Of a stretch of DNA of 64,000 bases, positions 57,993-64,000 are shown piece by piece; the stretch's first letter is position 1, and each line of letters opens with the position of its first letter. A program made the translations under genes and the position numbers. The notes under the pieces were generated by a model. The model was not told the origin of the DNA and ran no database searches. It saw only the letters and a list, made by a program, of their open reading frames with translations. The stretch lies in IMG/VR virus record IMGVR_UViG_3300043423_000026; one strand, 5' to 3'. Source of the DNA: an uncultured virus (IMG/VR IMGVR_UViG_3300043423_000026) (Duplodnaviria > Heunggongvirae > Uroviricota > Caudoviricetes > Crassvirales).

Positions 57993-58436
57993 ATGAAATC
58001 AAATACAGATAACTACTTGAAATATTGGAGAGTAATACGCCAATACGTAAAAATCAAATATGGCCTAACTCAATCAGACCTTGATATTATATTTTTTCTT
58101 TACTCCGAATCGTACTTTGACAGGGATAAGTTCCTTGAGTTTGATACTATACTTGGTTGGGATAAACAGCGCTTTGAGAAGTTGCGAAAAGCAGGTTGGA
58201 TAGAAGTATTTAGACAAAGAATGGGTAACCGAAAAGCTTTGTACCAATTGTCATCAAAAGCTAAGACAATGGTTCGGTTAGTTTATAACAAACTAAACGG
58301 GGAAGAAATCCCCGTTAGTAATTCTCAGAATAGAATGTTTGCTAGAAATGTATCATACACTGATAAAAGATACCGTGCTATGATATTAGAAATGAATGCT
58401 ATTATAAAACAACAACGACATCACGCTCCTGAATAA
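57993..58436 (+). CDS. Winged-helix (MarR-like) DNA-binding protein; the only + strand gene in the late arm
   Basis: LTQSDLDIIFFLY...FEKLRKAGWIEVF...LYQLS.KAK. Confidence 0.6.
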   Translation: MKSNTDNYLKYWRVIRQYVKIKYGLTQSDLDIIFFLYSESYFDRDKFLEFDTILGWDKQRFEKLRKAGWIEVFRQRMGNRKALYQLSSKAKTMVRLVYNKLNGEEIPVSNSQNRMFARNVSYTDKRYRAMILEMNAIIKQQRHHAPE

Positions 58437-58665
58437 TAGTGTGAGGTTTATCCTCTATTAGCATCGTAAATCCGTGAGACTTGTCGTAATAGATAACATC
58501 ATCCGCTTTGATATAATCCACCTCTGTACCTGATGATATTACGACAGCCTTTCTGTAACGCATTCCTTTCACATCTTCGCCTGATAACACCAAGCCTGAG
58601 TCTGTTCTTACTTCCTCGTCAATTGTTTTGACAATAATATTTTTTCCGATTGGTTTTAATCCCAT
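58402..58665 (-). CDS. groES: Co-chaperonin GroES
   Basis: LKPIG..IIV...EEVRTDSGLVL...AVVISSG...DVIYY...IIQERDV. Confidence 0.8.
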   Translation of the reverse strand: MGLKPIGKNIIVKTIDEEVRTDSGLVLSGEDVKGMRYRKAVVISSGTEVDYIKADDVIYYDKSHGFTMLIEDKPHTIIQERDVVVVL

Positions 58666-58690
58666 TTGTATTTAAATTTTAATTGTTTAT

Positions 58691-58942
58691 TTAATCGTTT
58701 ATTAAGTTTATAAATATTGGTGTTCTTTCTCCGAAGTATGACCCTTCAATATTGTAGAAGAAATAATCAGAGGCATCCTGATTAGTCCAATTGTTTCTCG
58801 ACATTAGAATCTCAATTATTGTGTCTGTAGAATAAACGAGACAGCCGGTGCTGCTTACACCAACAATAGCAGCATCGAAACCGTCCGCTTTTATATACCC
58901 ATCTTCAGGGTACATATCTAATATTTTAGTCAACAAATCCAT
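58691..58942 (-). CDS. Conserved phage hypothetical protein
   Basis: KADGFD.AIVG..VYS...YF.YNIEGSY.GERTPIF. Confidence 0.65.
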   Translation of the reverse strand: MDLLTKILDMYPEDGYIKADGFDAAIVGVSSTGCLVYSTDTIIEILMSRNNWTNQDASDYFFYNIEGSYFGERTPIFINLIND

Positions 58943-59162
58943 CCTCTTTTAAAAGTTTTATAAATTTACGTTTATCTCCATTCTTTGGATACAATGCAAT
59001 ATCAATAAATCCTGAGTCTTGTCTGTGTCGTAAAACTTTAACCTCATATCTGTTAAGATGTACAACAGCATTGACCAACAACTGACACTCTTCAATAGAA
59101 GCATCATAGCTTTGCATCAAACCGTAAATCTCTAATGTAATAAAATCAATTCCTCTTATCAT
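58926..59162 (-). CDS. Hypothetical protein
   Basis: Overlapping ORF between groEL and groES. Confidence 0.45.
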   Translation of the reverse strand: MIRGIDFITLEIYGLMQSYDASIEECQLLVNAVVHLNRYEVKVLRHRQDSGFIDIALYPKNGDKRKFIKLLKEDGFVD

Positions 59163-59361
59163 AATCTTTTGATTCGTCTTTCCAATTTAACCAAAATCCA
59201 ACTCCTACAATTATGTTCATACCCATAGAAGCAATTATCTCTGTAAGGTCTTCGTATATGTTTAAACTTAGATGAACGTGACCTATCGTCCAAAAAGGAA
59301 TCGATAGGTTACACGCTATCCAAATTATAGTGAATTTACAAAACCTCTTCAGTTTGCTCAT
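59146..59361 (-). CDS. Small two-TM membrane protein
   Basis: Two hydrophobic segments; overlaps the groEL stop. Confidence 0.5.
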   Translation of the reverse strand: MSKLKRFCKFTIIWIACNLSIPFWTIGHVHLSLNIYEDLTEIIASMGMNIIVGVGFWLNWKDESKDYDKRN

Positions 59362-60979
59362 AACTACGAGCCATTGTGATTATAGCATTCGTACTCAATA
59401 TCGTCACAGCAACGCTCACAGCGTTTTGTAGCGCACTTCTAGTTACCTTTAAGGGGTCTATGACACCCATCTTAATTAAGTCGCCCATTTGGCCTGTTTT
59501 TAAGTTGTAACCTTGACCTGCCTCAATACCATCAGGATAAATATCCTTAGCTTTCAGTCCTGCATTTGAAAGTATCTGTAAGAACGGAGCCATAAGAGCT
59601 TCGCTCAATACGCTAGCTGCTACATTTCTCTCTTCACTTGTACCATCACAAACATCGTTCACTTTCTCGCAAACGGATAGTAAAGCACTTTCTTCAAGTA
59701 AAGCTTTACCTGCACCTGGTAAGATACCTTCCTCAAGCGCTGAACGAACTGCGCAAACAGCATCATCAACTCTATCGTATAACTCTTTCTGCTCTAAGTC
59801 TGTTTGTCCACCTACGTAGATAACACCAATTCCACCTGTTAGCGATGCAATACGCTCTAACAAGAAATCCTTGTCCACTTTCTTAGTCGCATTTTTATGA
59901 GCGTCCCATAATTGGTCTACCCTTTCTTTTATCACAGACTCATCAGAACGAACGTCTGACTTAATGATAACAGTTTTATCTTTACTTATAATCACCTTAG
60001 AGGCGTGTCCTAAATCTCCGAAGTTAATGATACTTAAATCATCCCCTGTTTTCTCACTGAAGTAAGTAGCACCTACGCTGATAGCAATATCGTGCATAAG
60101 CTCGTGTTGCTTGTATCCAAAACTAGGAGGAGCAACAGCACATACTTTTAAATTCCCCTTCACGCTATTAGCAGCCAAAGTATTTACAACGTTAGCATTA
60201 CACGGAGAGATAATCAAAAGCTTTTTACCTTCTGTGATAATTGGTTTCAATACGTTCTCAATCTGCAAAATATTCGCAATCTCCATATCAGCAACCAACA
60301 CCATAACATCATCAAGAACACACTCGTCTTTCTTTTGGTCATTGATAAACATCGAGCTTAAATAACCTCTGTCAAATTTCAAACCTAAAGTAGTCTCAGC
60401 ATACGTCTCATCGTTTTGGCTTCTCTCTACAGTTACAATACCTGTCTTACCAACATTTTTGTAAACCTCAGAGATTATCTTCCCAATCTCTCTATCGTTA
60501 TTAGCAGATATACTAGCAACGTCAATAAGCATTGAAGATGAAAGTCTCTTACTCTTACGTCTTAGGTTGTCCACAACCTTATCGCTCATCTCCACCAATG
60601 CTCTAAGAACCTCCGTTCTGTTATGAGTATCTTTGATTTGGTTTAATCCACCCAATACTAAAGCCTCAGTCAAAACAATTGCAGTGGTCGTTCCATCTCC
60701 TGCATTAGTAGCCGTTCTTTCAGCAGCTTCCTTCATCATCTTAACAGCCAAGTTCTCTACAGGGTCAAACAAGTCAATACTCTTAGCAACAGTTACACCA
60801 TCCTTAGTCACAGTAATTCCGTGAGTGTGATTTGGACTCTCAATAAGTACAGTATTACCTCCTGGACCTAAAGTACTTTTTACAGACTTAGCCATTTTAG
60901 CTACCCCGTTAGCTAATTTCTTTCTTCCTTTATCCTCAAAATGTAAATCTTTTGGAGAATAACCTTGATTTTGTGTCAT
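59336..60979 (-). CDS. groEL: Chaperonin GroEL (Cpn60)
   Basis: TLGPGG, VTKDGVTVAKSI, AGDGTTTA, FDRGY, ERIASL.GG, AL.EGILPGAG, GVIDP.KVTRSALQNA. Confidence 0.95.
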   Translation of the reverse strand: MTQNQGYSPKDLHFEDKGRKKLANGVAKMAKSVKSTLGPGGNTVLIESPNHTHGITVTKDGVTVAKSIDLFDPVENLAVKMMKEAAERTATNAGDGTTTAIVLTEALVLGGLNQIKDTHNRTEVLRALVEMSDKVVDNLRRKSKRLSSSMLIDVASISANNDREIGKIISEVYKNVGKTGIVTVERSQNDETYAETTLGLKFDRGYLSSMFINDQKKDECVLDDVMVLVADMEIANILQIENVLKPIITEGKKLLIISPCNANVVNTLAANSVKGNLKVCAVAPPSFGYKQHELMHDIAISVGATYFSEKTGDDLSIINFGDLGHASKVIISKDKTVIIKSDVRSDESVIKERVDQLWDAHKNATKKVDKDFLLERIASLTGGIGVIYVGGQTDLEQKELYDRVDDAVCAVRSALEEGILPGAGKALLEESALLSVCEKVNDVCDGTSEERNVAASVLSEALMAPFLQILSNAGLKAKDIYPDGIEAGQGYNLKTGQMGDLIKMGVIDPLKVTRSALQNAVSVAVTILSTNAIITMARSYEQTEEVL

Positions 60980-61005
60980 TTGATTGTATTTAAAATTGAT
61001 ATGTG

Positions 61006-61013
61006 CAAATATA
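61006..61013 (-). promoter_or_regulatory. TATATTTG -7 box upstream of groEL; equivalent - strand boxes at 28731-38, 37257-64, 40764-71, 53478-85, 61600-07
   Basis: Each matches TAnnTTTG and lies 7-26 nt upstream of a - strand ATG. Confidence 0.6.
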
Positions 61014-61102
61014 GTACATAAAATTCTTAATACCTACACTAAAAATAAAAAAGTTTATACATCTTCAGAATATTATATAACATCATTCCGAGGATTATTA
61101 CG

Positions 61103-61287
61103 TATGTCAGTTTTCTTTTTTCCTATATATATATATATATTTTCTCTTATATATAGTTTATTTCTCACTGTATTTCATTTTTTTTTTCGACATTTCCGAC
61201 ATAAAGAAAATAAAAGACTAATAATCAGTTAGTTACAAAATTAAAATCGACATAAAAATCGACATAAAAATGTCAGTTTTTGACATA
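61103..61287. other. Putative replication origin B (homologous in layout to 9202-9370)
   Basis: TATGTC, (TA)n tract, CGACAT repeats, IHF-like AATCAGTTAGTTA (61223-35), AAAATCGACATA x2. Confidence 0.5.
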
Positions 61288-61293
61288 AGAAAT

Positions 61294-61328
61294 AAAAAAA
61301 GCGAGAAACTAAAAGAATCTCGCTTTTT
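61294..61328 (-). terminator. Intrinsic (possibly bidirectional) terminator
   Basis: AAAAAGCGAGA...TCTCGCTTTTT inverted repeat downstream of 61346-61579. Confidence 0.65.
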
Positions 61329-61345
61329 CAATAATCAATTAATGA

Positions 61346-61579
61346 CTAATCGCAATCAGAACATATACCCATTTCCGACATAGACTCTCCCATTGCAGTA
61401 CCTCTTGCAACAATTGAAATCTTCTCAGCAACTTTAGCTGACCTCTTAATCTGAGCAGCCTGTGCAATACCCGTTTGTCCATCAGGACGGTTGTTAATCA
61501 ACCTACCGTTTCTCACAGTCAACCCATCATAGGCAGTCTGACCGTAAATACTGTTCTTTAAATCTAATCCTCTTTTCAT
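61346..61579 (-). CDS. Hypothetical protein, first gene of the late arm
   Basis: Has its own -7 box and terminator. Confidence 0.6.
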   Translation of the reverse strand: MKRGLDLKNSIYGQTAYDGLTVRNGRLINNRPDGQTGIAQAAQIKRSAKVAEKISIVARGTAMGESMSEMGICSDCD

Positions 61580-62066
61580 ATTATATGTGGTTTAAGGTAC
61601 AAATATAAGAATTTATGAGATAATAAGATTGTTTGGATACTATACCCATTTTACGTGAGCGTGGCCGAAACGGAAACGATATTTATTTTAGGGGGTGGGG
61701 GTGCATTTCAAAAAAAGCGGGTCGGATTTTTTGGCGTTTTGGTGGGGGTGCCACACGTGGGCAACGTGGCCGTCTTTGTTGGGCGTGGCCGTCTTGCTTG
61801 TACGCTATACCGCCCCCAACGGGTGACGCTTTGCACTCTCGCTACACAATAGCCCGCAAGCTCTCAACAATTGCCCCGCATTTGGGCTAAACTTTCCCCC
61901 AAAATCCCTTATTTTATAGGGGTTAACACACTATTAAGGGGGGCTTTATCCCCCGCCTATTGTTTTTCACCCTCAAAAACTACAAAAATTTAACATTGGG
62001 GAACCCGCATAAACAAAGGACTTTCAAAAAAACTTTGCATAAAATGAAAAAAAAGTATCTTTTTAT

Positions 62067-62097
62067 TTTGTAATATAAAAGAAATGTACTAATATTG
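62067..62097 (+). promoter_or_regulatory. Putative early promoter TTTG-N19-TAATATTG
   Basis: Bacteroidota -33/-7 layout with one mismatch, upstream of the first + strand gene. Confidence 0.45.
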
Positions 62098-62158
62098 TCA
62101 AAGAATTGAACGGGTAAAAAGCCCTATTTTAACTTAAGTAACTAAAAATCAATACATT

Positions 62159-62461
62159 ATGAAAACATTGTTAAAAAAGATTGACTTAATTAACTCAATG
62201 ATTGAATCGGTAGAGCTATCGGAAAATATTCCTTTGACTTATTCGGGTGGAACATTCCCGCGTTATGTAGTAATTAAACCTATTAAAGTAAAAAATCAAT
62301 TTGTTACTATTGAGGCCAATATAAAAAGCTATTCGTTTATAGACGGCAAAGAGCGTTATAATATTAATAAGGCTTCTTTAATGGCTGATGAGTATTGCAA
62401 AAAACACCTTAATTATACTTTAAACATTATTTTAAAATCATTCAAAAACTCACTTAAATAA
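62159..62461 (+). CDS. Hypothetical early protein
   Basis: AATCAA.ACATTATGAAAACA leader shared with the next gene. Confidence 0.6.
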   Translation: MKTLLKKIDLINSMIESVELSENIPLTYSGGTFPRYVVIKPIKVKNQFVTIEANIKSYSFIDGKERYNINKASLMADEYCKKHLNYTLNIILKSFKNSLK

Positions 62462-62470
62462 TCAAACATT

Positions 62471-62812
62471 ATGAAAACAATTTCAGAAACTCAAAACTTT
62501 TTAAATTCATTAAACAAATTGACTTTTATTGATTCAGACGGCCAAAGCTTTACAACGTTGGAGGGCTTTATAGTATCGTATGAATTTAATATAATGGAGG
62601 TAACCAATAAAAGCTATCCGGTACAAATTTTATTTTATGTAAAAAAAGACGGGGCGCACGTTTTAACGTGGGGTTGCTATTCAAATGAATGTAACACATT
62701 TGCGGGGGCTTGGATACTAAAAATAAAATCCAAAGTAAGGGACGAAAAAAATTCAGTACAGGACGAAAAAAAGGCCATTGCAAAAGCTTTATTTAATGAA
62801 CTAATAAAATAA
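62471..62812 (+). CDS. Hypothetical early protein
   Basis: ORF track; followed by hairpin GGGGGC-AAAA-GCCCCC (62820-35). Confidence 0.6.
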   Translation: MKTISETQNFLNSLNKLTFIDSDGQSFTTLEGFIVSYEFNIMEVTNKSYPVQILFYVKKDGAHVLTWGCYSNECNTFAGAWILKIKSKVRDEKNSVQDEKKAIAKALFNELIK

Positions 62813-62852
62813 TATTAACGGGGGCAAAAGCCCCCAATTAAACCAATATAAA

Positions 62853-63233
62853 ATGAAAACAACTTTAAATTTTTGGGAAAATACAATTTTAAATAATATC
62901 AATTTGGACGGGTACGAGCTACAAAGCCCTCAAAAACATATCAAATTTGATAAGCTTAATAATTTTGATAAAGTGCAAAGCGTTTACAATATTTTTAAAG
63001 ATGAATATTTGCACGCTAATAACAAACATTTGGGCGCTGAGACTTTGTTTTGTGAGTGGCTTCAAGGCTTGCCCAATTGTTTAAGTGTGCCTTATATGAA
63101 TTACGAAATTTTAGAAAACGCCAAAAAATACGGTGCCTTTAATTTAGTAACCGAAATGCAAAAAGAAAACTTTTTAAATAACTATTGGCCAATGCTTGCA
63201 AAATCATTTTTTAACTTATCAATAAAATTGTAA
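62853..63233 (+). CDS. Hypothetical early protein
   Basis: F.EWLQGLP....PY.NYEIL motif. Confidence 0.65.
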   Translation: MKTTLNFWENTILNNINLDGYELQSPQKHIKFDKLNNFDKVQSVYNIFKDEYLHANNKHLGAETLFCEWLQGLPNCLSVPYMNYEILENAKKYGAFNLVTEMQKENFLNNYWPMLAKSFFNLSIKL

Positions 63234-63328
63234 TGAAATATTTTTTACAACACAAAAAGCCCCAATACATTTTTTGTATTATAGTAACCTTATATATATT
63301 AATTCAAATAATCAGAATAAATCTTTAA
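63233..63328 (+). CDS. Small TM peptide (not in ORF track)
   Basis: MKYFLQHKKPQYIFCIIVTLYILIQIIRINL*; TAATG coupling. Confidence 0.4.
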   Translation: MKYFLQHKKPQYIFCIIVTLYILIQIIRINL

Positions 63329-63332
63329 TAAA

Positions 63333-64000
63333 ATGAAAAAAATACATACCCCTCAAAATGTAGCGCATTTATTCGCTAATCAATTGCAAACAGAAGCAAC
63401 CACACAAGGACGAAATTTCTACTTTATCAATGAAAAAATTTATAGTTATGGAAATCATTTTTGTATCGCTAAATTTGTGGATAATTATACGCTTTTATTT
63501 ACTGAAAGAAGCTATAGCAATACAACCGCCAAGCATATAAACCACGTATACAACGCCACAAGCCACAAAAACAGAATCTTTTGTTATAACCCAATAGGGA
63601 CGCACGAACAGAATTTTAAATATTGGTTTGACCAAGCCGAGGAAATACTAAAAAAACTATCTAACGCCCGTAAACCTGAAATATACTTAAACCAATTAAA
63701 CCAAATCAAAGATAAAGCCACTAAATACACTAACTATTTCGGAATAGATATATTTAAGCCGTTGGAATTATTGCTATCCATTACGGATAAGGACGAGGTA
63801 AAAAGCTATTTGGAAACCAAACAAAAGTTAATCGAGGCCGACAAAAAACGCATTGAAAAAGAAAAAGCAAAGGCGCATAAAATAGCCCTTTCAAAGTGGC
63901 GCAAATTTGAATCGCAAACACTTTACACCCGTGACGGGTTCGACTATTTGCGAAAAGATAGCGAAAACTTTCAAACCTCGCAAGGGGTTAAAATACCTTT
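63333..64000 (+). CDS. Early phage protein, runs off the right edge (not in ORF track)
   Basis: Open from ATG 63333: VAHLFANQ...IYSYGNHF.IA...SYSNTTAKH...TSQGVKIP. Confidence 0.7.
   Translation, partial: MKKIHTPQNVAHLFANQLQTEATTQGRNFYFINEKIYSYGNHFCIAKFVDNYTLLFTERSYSNTTAKHINHVYNATSHKNRIFCYNPIGTHEQNFKYWFDQAEEILKKLSNARKPEIYLNQLNQIKDKATKYTNYFGIDIFKPLELLLSITDKDEVKSYLETKQKLIEADKKRIEKEKAKAHKIALSKWRKFESQTLYTRDGFDYLRKDSENFQTSQGVKIP

Noticed and set aside
18621..60824. Numerous short + strand ORFs inside late genes (e.g. 20367-20729, 35690-36034, 44678-45010, 60111-60365)
   Set aside because: Antisense shadows with Ser/Phe/Leu-rich composition, fully nested in well-supported - strand genes.
60984..61890. 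ORFs 60984-61232, 61633-61890 and 61655-61852
   Set aside because: They run through the (TA)n/iteron element and the GC-rich island, with atypical composition; more likely non-coding.
1..64000. Stop-codon reassignment or prophage context
   Set aside because: Genes are full length and densely packed in the standard code; no integrase, att-like site or host housekeeping genes seen (groEL sits among phage genes).

Overview
Tailed dsDNA phage DNA, most likely from podovirus-like phages of a Bacteroidota (Flavobacteriia-like) host. The host call rests on low GC, no Shine-Dalgarno sites, repeated TAnnTTTG -7 promoter boxes and an SSB-like protein ending DDLDLPF. About 4.5-64 kb is most of one genome. 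A + strand early/replication arm (4.5-18.1 kb) carries a Sak3-like annealase, exonuclease, a ~700 nt highly structured non-coding block with a tRNA-like element, SSB, primase-helicase, MazG-like proteins, HNH, SF2 helicase, VRR-NUC and two DnaA domain IV-like proteins. It converges on a - strand late arm (18.1-61.6 kb) with giant internal virion proteins, nozzle/adaptor proteins, capsid, scaffold, portal, terminase, LRR and tail-fibre proteins, lysis genes, many small basic proteins, GroES and GroEL. A GC-rich intergenic stretch and the first early genes follow (61.6-64 kb). The first ~3 kb look like the equivalent late/early switch of a second, different phage: it has homologues of late genes, 12 GATC sites versus none seen elsewhere, and its own 41-bp repeated promoter-like motif. 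The window is therefore probably chimeric or recombinant. The most notable signals are the large structured RNA plus expanded tRNA mimic, two homologous origin-like elements paired with two DnaA-IV-like proteins, gene cassettes with conserved ends, and shared motifs in the small basic proteins. All calls are by-eye motif recognition; no database searches were run.
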